NCBI GenBank assembly: GCA_045587745.1
Contig: JAZNCU010000047.1
Location: 76 to 64,075 of the forward strand
Length of the DNA: 64,000 nucleotides
Direction of reading: 5' to 3'
Source of the DNA: Eubacteriales bacterium
Lineage (GTDB): Bacteria; Bacillota; Clostridia; Oscillospirales; CAG-382
Shown here piece by piece: positions 7,925 to 17,502 of this stretch. How positions within the stretch are numbered: position 1 is the stretch's first letter; each line of letters opens with the position of its first letter. Under the pieces are notes generated by a model. That model saw only the letters and a program-made list of their open reading frames with translations, was not told the DNA's origin and did no database searches. The position numbers and the translations under genes are program-made.

Positions 7925-10900
7925 ATGGCGATAAGAAAAAAATTGTCCATGGACGGTAACACAGCTGCGGCGCACGTATCGTACGCTTTTACTGAGGTTG
8001 CCGGAATTTACCCCATCACTCCTTCTTCCCCTATGGCAGAGGTTACCGACAAATGGTCCGCTGAGGGAAGGAAGAACATCTTCGGTCAGACTGTAAAGGT
8101 TGTTGAGATGCAGTCTGAAGCCGGCGCGGCAGGTACCGTACACGGCTCTCTTGCGGCAGGTGCGCTCACCACTACCTATACCGCTTCTCAGGGTCTTCTT
8201 CTTATGATCCCGAATATGTATAAAATCGCCGGTGAACTTCTTCCCGGTGTTATCCACGTATCCGCACGTTGCGTAGCCAGCCACGCTCTTAATATTTTCG
8301 GTGATCATTCCGACGTTATGGCTTGCAGACAGACCGGATTTGCTCTCCTCTGTGCTTCCAACGTACAGGAGGTTATGGACCTCGGCGCTGTAGCTCATCT
8401 TTCGGCTATCAAGGGCAGAGTTCCTTTCCTCCACTATTTTGACGGCTTCAGAACCTCTCACGAGATTCAGAAGGTAGAGGCTTGGGATTATGAGGATCTC
8501 AAGGAGATGTGCGATTTCGATGCAGTAAAGGCGTTCAGAGAGAGATCTCTCAACCCCGAGCACCCTGTTCTCAGAGGCACTGCTCAGAACCCCGATATTT
8601 TCTTCCAGGCACGTGAGGCTTGCAACTCCTACTACGATGCGCTCCCCGCTATCGTTGAGGAATATATGTCAAAGGTTAACGAAAAATGCGGCACCGACTA
8701 CAAGCTGTTTAACTACTACGGCGCACCCGATGCTGACAAGGTTATCGTTGCTATGGGTTCGGTTTGCGATACTATCGAGGAAACTGTTGATTACATCAAC
8801 GCTCACGGCGGTAAGGTCGGTCTCGTAAAGGTTCGTCTCTACCGTCCTTTCGTAAAGGAAAAGTTTGTTGACGCCATTCCTTCCACCGTCAAAAAGATTG
8901 CTGTTCTTGACAGAACCAAAGAGCCCGGCGCTATCGGCGAGCCTCTTTATAACGATATCATTAGTGCTATCCGCGGTACTGCACTTGACTCCTGCACCGT
9001 TGTAGGCGGCAGATACGGTCTCGGTTCCAAGGATACCACTCCCGCTTGCGTATTCGCGGTTTACAAGAATCTCGATGCAGATAAGCCTCTTGACGGCTTC
9101 ACCGTTGGTATCAACGATGACGTCACCAACCTCTCGCTTCCTATCGAGTCAGCACCCGATACCTCAGCAGAGGGCACGGTTTCCTGTAAATTCTGGGGAC
9201 TTGGCTCCGACGGTACCGTTGGCGCTAACAAAAACTCCATCAAGATCATCGGTGACCATACCGATAAATATATCCAGGCTTACTTTGCATACGATAGCAA
9301 GAAGTCGGGCGGTATCACTGTCAGCCATCTCCGTTTTGGCGATAAGCCCATCCGCTCTACCTATTACGTTTCGCACGCAAACTTTGTTGCTTGCCACAAT
9401 CCTTCCTATATTAATAAATATGACGTGACTGAGGATCTCGCTGAGGGCGGAACCTTCCTTCTCAACTGTCAGTGGACTCCCGAAGAGCTTGAGGAAAAGC
9501 TTCCCGCAAAGGTCAAGAGAGATCTTGCCAACAAGCACGTTAACTTCTACACCGTTGACGCTATATCCATTGCACGCGAGATCGGTCTCGGCGGAAGAAC
9601 AAACACCGTTCTTCAGAGCGCATTCTTCAACCTTGCTAACATCATCCCCGCTGATGAGGCTAACAAGTATATGAAAGATGCTGCATACAAGAGCTTCAAG
9701 AAGAAGGGCGACGACGTTGTTAATATGAACTACGCCGCTATCGATGCAGGTGCTAACGCAGTTGTTAAGATCGAGGTGCCGGCAGCTTGGGCAAATGCTG
9801 TTGATGCTCAGTGCGATGCTGTTGAGCTTGAGGGCAGACCTGAGGTCGTTGATTTCGTTAAGAACATTCTCGGCCCCGTTAATGCACAGAAGGGTGACGA
9901 TCTTCCTGTTTCCATCTTTGCGGGCGACAAGGCAGACGGTACGTTCCCGCAGGGCACCGCCGCATATGAGAAGCGCGGTGTTGCAGTTGATGTTCCCGAT
10001 TGGAATCCCGATAACTGTATCCAGTGTAACTTCTGCTCTTATGTATGTCCTCACGCTACCATCCGTCCTATCGCAATGACCGATGCTGAGGCTGAGCAGT
10101 ATCCCGATTTCAAGCTCGTTCCCATGACCGGTATGCCCGGATACAAGTTTGGCATCACCGTTTCGGCTCTTGACTGTCTCGGATGCCAGAGCTGTGTACA
10201 GATCTGTCCCGGCAGAAAGGGCGAGAAGGCTCTTACTATGAAGCCTATTGACGGTCAGCTCAAATATCAGAACGCATTTGACACAAGCTACAAGTATTGC
10301 GACGATGAGGCGGTTCTCGCAAAATTCAAGCCTGAGACCGTTAAAGGCTCGCAGTTCAAGCAGCCTCTCCTTGAGTTCTCGGGTGCCTGCGCAGGCTGCG
10401 GTGAGACTCCTTACGCAAAGCTTATCACTCAGCTCTTTGGCGATAGAATGTTCATCGCCAACGCTACCGGCTGTTCCTCCATTTGGGGAGGCTCTGCTCC
10501 CTCTATGCCTTATACCGTAAACAAAGACGGTCACGGCCCCGCTTGGGCTAACTCCCTCTTTGAGGATAACGCAGAGTTCGGTATGGGTATGGCTACCGCT
10601 ATGAACCAGAGAAGAGCAAAGCTTGCCGAGGACGTCAAGGCTCTTGCCGAGTCGGATAAATCCTCCGATGAGCTCAAGGCTGCCGCAAACGAGTGGCTCG
10701 AGAATATGTACTGTGCCGAGGGCTCCAAGGCTGCGTCTAAGAAGCTTGTTGCCGCTTGCGAGGCTGTAGATGCTGATTGCCCTGTTATCAAGTCTGTTCT
10801 TGCTAACTCCGACCTCCTCGTTAAGAAGTCCATGTGGATCTTCGGTGGCGACGGCTGGGCATACGATATCGGCTTTGGCGGTCTTGACCACGCTATCGCA

Positions 10901-11473
10901 TCGGGCGAGGATATCAATATCTTCGTATTCGATACCGAGGTTTACTCCAACACCGGCGGACAGGCCTCCAAGTCTACTCCTACCGGCAGCGTTGCGCAGT
11001 TCGCCGCAGCAGGTAAGACTATGAAGAAGAAGGATCTTGCAGCTATCGCAATGTCCTACGGATACGTTTACGTTGCACAGGTATGTATGGGCGCTGACTA
11101 CAATCAGTGCATCAAGGCTATCACTGAGGCTGAGAAGTATCACGGACCTTCTATCGTAATCGGCTACGCTCCTTGTATCAACCACGGTATCAAGAAGGGT
11201 CTCGGCACCAGTATGCTCGTGGCTAAGAAGGCTGTTGGGGCAGGGTACTGGTTCAACTTCCGTTACAATCCCACTCTTGTTGACGAGGGCAAGAATCCCT
11301 TCACTCTCGACAGCAAGGCTCCTACTTCTTCTTACAAGGACTTCATCCTTACCGAGACTCGTTACAGCTCGCTCGGTCTCTCGTTCCCCGAGAGAGCGGA
11401 AAGGCTGTTCAATGAGGCTGAGGAGCAGTCCAAGATCAAGTACGAGATGCTCAAAAAGAAAGCAGAAAACTGA
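7925..11473 (+). CDS. nifJ: Pyruvate:ferredoxin (flavodoxin) oxidoreductase, single-chain
   Basis: 1182 aa. Two ferredoxin-type clusters CIQCNFCSYVCP and CLGCQSCVQICP. TPP-binding GGDGWAYDIG. AGGAGG RBS. Confidence 0.95.
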   Translation: MAIRKKLSMDGNTAAAHVSYAFTEVAGIYPITPSSPMAEVTDKWSAEGRKNIFGQTVKVVEMQSEAGAAGTVHGSLAAGALTTTYTASQGLLLMIPNMYKIAGELLPGVIHVSARCVASHALNIFGDHSDVMACRQTGFALLCASNVQEVMDLGAVAHLSAIKGRVPFLHYFDGFRTSHEIQKVEAWDYEDLKEMCDFDAVKAFRERSLNPEHPVLRGTAQNPDIFFQAREACNSYYDALPAIVEEYMSKVNEKCGTDYKLFNYYGAPDADKVIVAMGSVCDTIEETVDYINAHGGKVGLVKVRLYRPFVKEKFVDAIPSTVKKIAVLDRTKEPGAIGEPLYNDIISAIRGTALDSCTVVGGRYGLGSKDTTPACVFAVYKNLDADKPLDGFTVGINDDVTNLSLPIESAPDTSAEGTVSCKFWGLGSDGTVGANKNSIKIIGDHTDKYIQAYFAYDSKKSGGITVSHLRFGDKPIRSTYYVSHANFVACHNPSYINKYDVTEDLAEGGTFLLNCQWTPEELEEKLPAKVKRDLANKHVNFYTVDAISIAREIGLGGRTNTVLQSAFFNLANIIPADEANKYMKDAAYKSFKKKGDDVVNMNYAAIDAGANAVVKIEVPAAWANAVDAQCDAVELEGRPEVVDFVKNILGPVNAQKGDDLPVSIFAGDKADGTFPQGTAAYEKRGVAVDVPDWNPDNCIQCNFCSYVCPHATIRPIAMTDAEAEQYPDFKLVPMTGMPGYKFGITVSALDCLGCQSCVQICPGRKGEKALTMKPIDGQLKYQNAFDTSYKYCDDEAVLAKFKPETVKGSQFKQPLLEFSGACAGCGETPYAKLITQLFGDRMFIANATGCSSIWGGSAPSMPYTVNKDGHGPAWANSLFEDNAEFGMGMATAMNQRRAKLAEDVKALAESDKSSDELKAAANEWLENMYCAEGSKAASKKLVAACEAVDADCPVIKSVLANSDLLVKKSMWIFGGDGWAYDIGFGGLDHAIASGEDINIFVFDTEVYSNTGGQASKSTPTGSVAQFAAAGKTMKKKDLAAIAMSYGYVYVAQVCMGADYNQCIKAITEAEKYHGPSIVIGYAPCINHGIKKGLGTSMLVAKKAVGAGYWFNFRYNPTLVDEGKNPFTLDSKAPTSSYKDFILTETRYSSLGLSFPERAERLFNEAEEQSKIKYEMLKKKAEN

Positions 11474-11487
11474 TTTCTGTTTAGTGT

Positions 11488-11520
11488 ATGCGGGCGTGTT
11501 AACGCCCGCATATTCAAATT
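11488..11520 (+). terminator. Probable terminator after nifJ
   Basis: Perfect stem ATGCGGGCGT / ACGCCCGCAT, but the U-tract is weak (ATTCAAATT). Confidence 0.5.
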
Positions 11521-11545
11521 ATAAAAATCGTACGGAGGCACTGCT

Positions 11546-12535
11546 ATGAATAATAAAGGAAGCGATTCCTACAAAAATATCTATATGACAACGGGCTTTA
11601 TTTGTGCGTTTATAGGTATACTGCTGGTTGTTATAGTTATCTCCTTGGTTGTGTTTGGCAACTTTGGAAAAGGAAGTGATGTTTTGGATGAGTCGTCTGC
11701 TCCTGAGATATCTGTGCCTGTTGTTGAAGAATCGTCTGTTCCCGAAATATCCGAGGTTGAGGAGGAAACTCTCGCCTCTCAAATCGTTTTTGAACAGTTG
11801 GTGGTAAATAATTTGTCGGTTTACGAGGGTAAACTTGCTGTCATCAGCGCCGAGAATGCTCCGGCAGTACCCTCTGACGAGCTTTATGCCTTTTATAAGT
11901 TTGGAAGCGAGGGAAGCGCATATTCGCTTTCGGGTGTAAGGATCAAGGTGCGTGAGGATGCTCGCACACAGTTTGATGCGTTTCTGGCGGCGTTTTCCGA
12001 GGCAGTTCCCAATACCGGTCTCATCATTGATAAAGGATATGAAAAGGCGGAAGATCTCAGCACGAGCGATCTTTCGGGTGGCTACGTCGATCTTGCATCG
12101 GGCTATTCGGTAAAGTTCTCGTTGCTCAGCAGTAACTATAACTTCAGCAGCACCGAGCTTGCTTATTTATATGAGCAGGCGTATAAATTCGGTATTATCA
12201 GACGTTATTCCGATAATAAAGAAACTGTTACAGGCTTTGAGTCCAATCCTCGTCTGTATCGCTATATCGGAATTGCCCACACACAGTATATGAGCACGTA
12301 TAACCTCTCGCTGGAGGAGTATATTGACGTTCTGAAGAGCAGTACCGAGCCCAGAGAATATGTCAGCTCGCTTGAAGATAACACGGCTTATATTGTCTAT
12401 TACGTGCCTATGAGCGAGGGCGATGACACCACTTTGGTTAACGTTCCTGCTGATGCCGCAAGGTATCCTTACGACATCTCGGGTGATGGATCAAACGGTT
12501 TCATCGTTACCGTAAAGGTAAGCCTTTCCGAGTAA
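11546..12535 (+). CDS. Membrane-anchored VanY/M15B-like domain protein that appears to lack the metal ligands
   Basis: N-terminal TM helix. The C-terminal region aligns by eye with D,D-carboxypeptidase VanY (KFGIIRRYSDNKETVTGFESNPRLYRYIGIAHTQYM...LSLEEYI). The SxHxxGxAxD and EPWH positions read ASGYSVKFS and NPRL. Confidence 0.55.
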   Translation: MNNKGSDSYKNIYMTTGFICAFIGILLVVIVISLVVFGNFGKGSDVLDESSAPEISVPVVEESSVPEISEVEEETLASQIVFEQLVVNNLSVYEGKLAVISAENAPAVPSDELYAFYKFGSEGSAYSLSGVRIKVREDARTQFDAFLAAFSEAVPNTGLIIDKGYEKAEDLSTSDLSGGYVDLASGYSVKFSLLSSNYNFSSTELAYLYEQAYKFGIIRRYSDNKETVTGFESNPRLYRYIGIAHTQYMSTYNLSLEEYIDVLKSSTEPREYVSSLEDNTAYIVYYVPMSEGDDTTLVNVPADAARYPYDISGDGSNGFIVTVKVSLSE

Positions 12536-12551
12536 ATTAATCCGCAAATAA

Positions 12552-12582
12552 AGAGCGTCGGAGCAATTCCGGCGCTTTTTTT
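12552..12582 (+). terminator. Rho-independent terminator
   Basis: Stem GCGTCGGA / TCCGGCGC (one mismatch) with GCAA loop, followed by TTTTTTT. Confidence 0.65.
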
Positions 12583-13016
12583 GTGTAAAAATATTGGGAA
12601 AATAGCGAGAACAAATGTTTTGTGCGAAAGATCATCACGTAAAAAAATTAAGGCTGAATTTGTGCAAAAACACCCATAATTTCCGACAAAAAATCTCGAA
12701 TTTGTGAACAGGCAATCTGCGAATTAACGTACAGTTAATTTTCTGTGCATTTTATTTCGTGATAAAATGTAACCGAAATTTATAATAGCGGTTAACGATC
12801 AAGCTTGCTAGTGCTGAAAAACACCTGGTATTACAGGGAAAATGAAATTCAAACACCAAAATGTTGATTGACATAATTATTTAATTTAATTTTTGAGATA
12901 AAGTTTCATTCCGGAAAATTAACGGTTGAGTTTTGCCGTATTTTGTCCGAAAAAAACCTGCAATTTGCTCAGTGTGTGAAAAATGCATTATTTTGAGTAT
13001 GAGTTTATATGCACTC

Positions 13017-13045
13017 TTGACAAAGAAATGACGATATGCTATTAT
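13017..13045 (+). promoter_or_regulatory. Sigma-A-type promoter of the 13.1-25.7 kb operon
   Basis: TTGACA (13017-13022), 17-nt spacer, TATTAT (13040-13045), with TGC immediately upstream of the -10. Confidence 0.6.
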
Positions 13046-13058
13046 TTCTCATATATTA

Positions 13059-13087
13059 TATACTCGTGCGCATTGTGCGCGAGTATA
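13059..13087 (+). promoter_or_regulatory. Inverted repeat in the 5' UTR (operator or RNA hairpin)
   Basis: TATACTCGTGCGCA ttg TGCGCGAGTATA, located between the -10 element and the AGGAGG RBS (13101-13106). Confidence 0.4.
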
Positions 13088-13113
13088 AGCACTTCTTCGC
13101 AGGAGGAAAAGAA

Positions 13114-16100
13114 ATGACCAAACACTGGAGAAAGACCAAAAACGCATGTGTATTTACGCTGACACTCGTACTGCTGTTTACGGGTCTCGGCGGAATTTAC
13201 GCTTCTGCGGTAGGCGATTATCTCGCCGGGTCCGACTCTCTGTACCGTACCTCGCTGGATGATGTGGAGAACTATTTGACCTCTACCACTTACTCCGATT
13301 ATCTCAGCATTTACGGCTCTACAGAGATGGGTTCCGACGTAGAACTCGACCTGTCCGACGTCAACGTGGAGGGCTCTAACGGCACTTACCTGCTGTTTGA
13401 TTCTTCCAATGCTCCCGAAAACAGTGATGAACTTACCGCAGGACTCGAAAGCGGTGAGAATATCCTGGTTGCCGGTGACGACTGTACCATTACCTGGAAC
13501 GTCAACGTAGCCAAGGATACACTCTACAACGTTTACGTGGAGTATTACACCGGTAACTTCGATCTTGGCGATCACTTGGTTTCCAAATCAGCTACGATCG
13601 AGCGCTACGTGCTCATCAACGGTACCGTTCCCTTTAAGGAAGCACGTTCCGTTGAGTTTGAAAGAGTTTGGAGCGATTTATACAGCGTAGTTGATGCTAA
13701 CGGAAACTACATTCTTGATGAGAACGGCAATCAGCAGACTTTCCTTTCTAACAGTCGGGAATTTCTTGATTTCGTTCTGAATCAGGAAAACAACACTGCC
13801 GAGAGCCATAGGCTTTTTGTCCGCGACAGCAACGGCAATGAGCTTAAGCCCGACAAGGCTCTTGTTTCCAAATGGACCGGCAAGACTGTATTCGACTCGA
13901 CCGGATATTTCAACTCTCCTCTTTGCTTCTTCTTCAAAGAGGGAAGCAATACCTTCTCAATTCAGTCCATCCGTGAGCCGATGGCTATCAAATCCATCAA
14001 GCTCATCGCAGCTGAGACTGTTCCCACCTATGAGCAGTATCTTGCTTCCCATTCCGGCGCATCCGACTATGCCGGCGATGAGCAGATCATAATTCAGGCT
14101 GAGTATGCGGTTTCGACCTCTGAGAGAACTATCTACCAGCTTAATGACAGATCCTCCAGCTCGTCTCAGCCCCAGGATGCTGCTCTTATCCGCCTTAACG
14201 AGATCGGCGGCGATAAATGGCAGTACGTCGGACAGTGGATCACTTGGCAAGTAGATGTGCCCGAGTCAGGCTTCTACTCGATCATTCCCCGTTCGATTCA
14301 GAACTACTACTCCGGTATGTACGTTTCGAGAAGAGTTTACATCAACGGAAAGCTCCCGTTTGAAGAGGCTAACTACCTCCGCTTCGATTACAATCACGAG
14401 TGGATTACCGAGCCTCTCAATGACGGCACTACCGAGTTCAAATTCTATCTCGAAAAGGGTGTTAATGAGATTAAGCTCGAGGTTGCTCTCGGCGACATGT
14501 CGGAGATACTCAGCACTATCGAGAATTCTCTTTCTACCATTAACACTTACTACCGTAAAATACTTATGATCACCGGCCCCGATGCCGACGAGTACCGTGA
14601 CTACGGATTTGATAACCTCATTCCCGACGTACTCAAGGGACTCCAGCAGCAGTCCAAACTTCTTTACGAGGTTTCGGATACGCTTACCGAGCTTACCGGT
14701 GAAAAGGGATCCCACGCTACTACACTTGACCGCGTTGCTCTCATTTGCGAGCGTATGGGTTACTATCCCGATAACATTGCAGCCTCCATGGGCATTCTCA
14801 AGGAGTATTCTGCATCTCTCGGTACCTGGCTTACCGATACTCAGAACCAGCCCCTTGATATCGACTATATCTGCATTCAGGCTCCTTCAGCAGAGGCTCC
14901 CGATGCAGAAGCAGGTTTCTTTGCAAACCTTTGGTATGAGCTTAAAAAGTTCTATCAGTCTTTCTTCAACGATTATAACTCCCTTGGCTCTGTAGAATCC
15001 GAGGAAGATACCTCTAATAACATTCAGGTTGAGGTATGGACCGCTTCCTCCCGTGACCAGGCGCAGATTATACGTACCCTTGCGGACGATGACTTTACGC
15101 CTAACTATGCGGGTATTTCGGTTAATATCAACCTCGTTGCCGGCGGTACGCTCCTTCCCGCTACACTTGCAGGCACAGGCCCCGATATTTATCTCGGCGC
15201 GTCACAGGGAGATCCTGTTAACTATGCTATCCGTTCTGCAGTTCTTTCTTTGAACACCCAGACCGGCAACCCCGAGGTTGGTTATAACTTTAACGACCTT
15301 GAGAATTCTGTCTGGAACTCCAAGGACGAGAGCGGTAACTACAAATATCCCGCATACCACGCTCTTATTGAGAATGGTGCCATCAAGTCCTTTGATGAGG
15401 TCACTGATTGGTTTGCTGATGAGGCGCTCGTTCCCGTTACTATTTACGGTGAGACGTACGCAATTCCCTGGACGATGTCCTTCTCGATGATGTTCTATCG
15501 CAAGGATATCTTTGTTGAGCTTGGAATCGAGGTGCCCAATACCTGGGATGATTTCTACGATATTATATATGCACTTCAGTCTAACTCGCTTGACATCGGA
15601 TTCCCGACCGGTACCGGCGGATCGATGTTTATGATGTATCAGCAGGGTGACGAGCTTTATGATGTCGGCAACTACGATTATTATCTCGATTTGTTCAGGA
15701 GATATCATTACGACGGCGATGACTATGACAGTCTTTCCGCCGAGCAAATTGCCGAAATCGACAAGGAGCTCGATGAGCTTGGATACACCTACAAGGATGC
15801 AGACGGCAACCTTTACACCAAGACCGACGGTATGAGCATCAACCTTGACTCGGATATCGCTCTTGCAACCTTCCAGGACGTTTGCCGCCTGTTTACCGAT
15901 TACAGCTTCCCTGTATCGTATAACTTTGCAAACCGTTTCCGTTCCGGCGAGATGCCTCTTGCGGTTATCGACTATACCTCTTATAACACACTCATCGTAT
16001 TTGCACCCGAGATTAACGGTCTGTGGGAATTCACTCCGCTTCCCGGTACTGCTGATAAGCTTACTCAGGAGGTTAACAACGTTACCATCGGCGCTATTTC

Positions 16101-16566
16101 GACCATTATGATGATGCGCTCTGTTAACGAGGAAACCGCTCTTGCTGCTTGGTCGTTTATGCAGTGGTTTATGAGTGCTGATATTCAGAGCTCCTACGGT
16201 AATGAGATGGTTGCGTTGCTTGGTCCTTCGGCTAAACAGCCTACCGCAAATATTTACGCACTTCAGGATATGGCGTGGTCTACCGATGAGTATAACAACC
16301 TCTTTGCTCAGTTCAATGCGGTTGCGTGTACTCCCGAGTTCCCCGGAAGCTATATTATCGGACGTTACACAGGATTTGCGTTCCTCGACGTGTACAATAA
16401 CGGTGCCAACCCTGTCGACGAGTTGCAGTCCTACATCAACGATATCAACGTTGAGCTTACCAGGAAGAGGGAAGAGTTCGGACTTCCCACTACGGATTTC
16501 ATAAAGGATATGGAAGCCGCTGTCGAAGAAAAATACCCCGATTGGGAGAAAGGAGCAGGTAATTAA
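13114..16566 (+). CDS. Giant extracellular solute-binding protein: duplicated beta-sandwich (CBM-like) modules, helical linker, family-1 SBP domain
   Basis: Start moved to ATG 13114 (MTKHWRK..., signal peptide), 8 nt after AGGAGG. Internal repeat ERYVLINGTVPFKEA / RRVYINGKLPFEEA. The C-terminal ~550 aa are SBP-like (QVEVWTASSRDQAQ..., PWTMSFSMMFYRKDIF). Confidence 0.75.
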   Translation: MTKHWRKTKNACVFTLTLVLLFTGLGGIYASAVGDYLAGSDSLYRTSLDDVENYLTSTTYSDYLSIYGSTEMGSDVELDLSDVNVEGSNGTYLLFDSSNAPENSDELTAGLESGENILVAGDDCTITWNVNVAKDTLYNVYVEYYTGNFDLGDHLVSKSATIERYVLINGTVPFKEARSVEFERVWSDLYSVVDANGNYILDENGNQQTFLSNSREFLDFVLNQENNTAESHRLFVRDSNGNELKPDKALVSKWTGKTVFDSTGYFNSPLCFFFKEGSNTFSIQSIREPMAIKSIKLIAAETVPTYEQYLASHSGASDYAGDEQIIIQAEYAVSTSERTIYQLNDRSSSSSQPQDAALIRLNEIGGDKWQYVGQWITWQVDVPESGFYSIIPRSIQNYYSGMYVSRRVYINGKLPFEEANYLRFDYNHEWITEPLNDGTTEFKFYLEKGVNEIKLEVALGDMSEILSTIENSLSTINTYYRKILMITGPDADEYRDYGFDNLIPDVLKGLQQQSKLLYEVSDTLTELTGEKGSHATTLDRVALICERMGYYPDNIAASMGILKEYSASLGTWLTDTQNQPLDIDYICIQAPSAEAPDAEAGFFANLWYELKKFYQSFFNDYNSLGSVESEEDTSNNIQVEVWTASSRDQAQIIRTLADDDFTPNYAGISVNINLVAGGTLLPATLAGTGPDIYLGASQGDPVNYAIRSAVLSLNTQTGNPEVGYNFNDLENSVWNSKDESGNYKYPAYHALIENGAIKSFDEVTDWFADEALVPVTIYGETYAIPWTMSFSMMFYRKDIFVELGIEVPNTWDDFYDIIYALQSNSLDIGFPTGTGGSMFMMYQQGDELYDVGNYDYYLDLFRRYHYDGDDYDSLSAEQIAEIDKELDELGYTYKDADGNLYTKTDGMSINLDSDIALATFQDVCRLFTDYSFPVSYNFANRFRSGEMPLAVIDYTSYNTLIVFAPEINGLWEFTPLPGTADKLTQEVNNVTIGAISTIMMMRSVNEETALAAWSFMQWFMSADIQSSYGNEMVALLGPSAKQPTANIYALQDMAWSTDEYNNLFAQFNAVACTPEFPGSYIIGRYTGFAFLDVYNNGANPVDELQSYINDINVELTRKREEFGLPTTDFIKDMEAAVEEKYPDWEKGAGN

Positions 16567-17501
16567 TGGCTAGAGAAAAAGCGGTCATAAGATCGGACAT
16601 CTCCTACGCTAAGTGGACCCTTATTGAGATGAAGAAGAACAAGGCCGGCTATTTTATGTCGCTGCCGTTCTTCCTCCTGTTCTTCATATTCACGGTTTCG
16701 CCCGTATTGCTCTCACTCATACTCAGCTTTACTACGTTCAACCTCCTCGAGTGGCCCACATGGGTTTTCGCTGATAACTATATCAGATTGCTCCTGGATG
16801 ACGACATTTTCCTTACGGCGATCAAGAATACCATCAAATTCGCCATTATCACCGGTCCTTGCTCTTATCTTTTGAGTATGCTTTTTGCATGGTTCATCAA
16901 CGAGCTCAGACCTAAACTCAGAGCGTTTGTTACACTTCTGTTCTACGCTCCGTCCATTTCGGGTAACGTATACCTTATTTGGACACTGTTCTTCTCCTCC
17001 GACCAATACGGCTATGTTAATGCATGGGGTATGAAGCTCGGCTTACTCAAAGAGCCCGTGCTTTGGTTCCAGGATGAAAAGTACATTTTCGGACTTATCA
17101 TTGCAGTTGCGCTGTGGACCTCACTCGGTACCTCCTTCCTTACCTTTATTGCAGGATTCCAGGTTGTAAATAAGGATCTTTACGAGGCAGGAGCCGTTGA
17201 CGGTGTTAAAAACCGTTGGCAGGAGCTTTGGTACATCACGTTGCCCTCTATGAGACCTCAGATGATGCTCGGTGCAATCCTTGCTATCACAGGCTCGTTC
17301 GGCTTCGGCGGTGTTATCACCGCTCTCGTTGGTTTCCCCAGTCCTAACTACTGTGCACATACTATTATGCACCACCTCGAGGACTACGGTAACCAGCGTT
17401 TCGAGATGGGTTATGCATCGGCAATCGCAACTATACTGTTCCTTATGATGATCGGTGCAAATCTGCTGGTAACCAAGATGCTTAGAAAGGTAGGTACGTA
17501 A
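16566..17501 (+). CDS. Carbohydrate ABC transporter permease (MalF/LplB type)
   Basis: Six TM segments and an EAA-type loop (YEAGAVDGVKNRWQELWYITLP). TAATG overlap with the upstream stop. Confidence 0.9.
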   Translation: MAREKAVIRSDISYAKWTLIEMKKNKAGYFMSLPFFLLFFIFTVSPVLLSLILSFTTFNLLEWPTWVFADNYIRLLLDDDIFLTAIKNTIKFAIITGPCSYLLSMLFAWFINELRPKLRAFVTLLFYAPSISGNVYLIWTLFFSSDQYGYVNAWGMKLGLLKEPVLWFQDEKYIFGLIIAVALWTSLGTSFLTFIAGFQVVNKDLYEAGAVDGVKNRWQELWYITLPSMRPQMMLGAILAITGSFGFGGVITALVGFPSPNYCAHTIMHHLEDYGNQRFEMGYASAIATILFLMMIGANLLVTKMLRKVGT

Positions 17502-17502
17502 T

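Noticed and set aside
9164-11185. 673-aa ORF antisense to nifJ.
   Set aside because: It lies entirely inside, and opposite to, a very strongly supported PFOR gene. Its translation is low-complexity (V/G/L/N/S-rich) with no motifs and no RBS. It is a typical shadow ORF caused by codon bias.
12767-12781. cre-like (CcpA) site ATGTAACCGAAATTT in the long leader.
   Set aside because: It has one mismatch to WTGNAANCGNWNNCW at a conserved C and lies ~250 nt upstream of the promoter. It is a single occurrence and too weak to call.
13036-13113. Upstream extensions of track ORFs: 13036 (SBP), 29875 (lyxose isomerase), 7806 (comM), 37779 (potB), 52762 (rpsF), 59611 (lexA), 45667 (kinase), 36628 (DUF368), 32666 (sigG) and 31827 (EIIC-like).
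   Set aside because: In each case a downstream ATG or TTG with a well-spaced Shine-Dalgarno sequence begins the conserved or signal-peptide sequence. The extension overlaps promoters, hairpins or the neighbouring gene.
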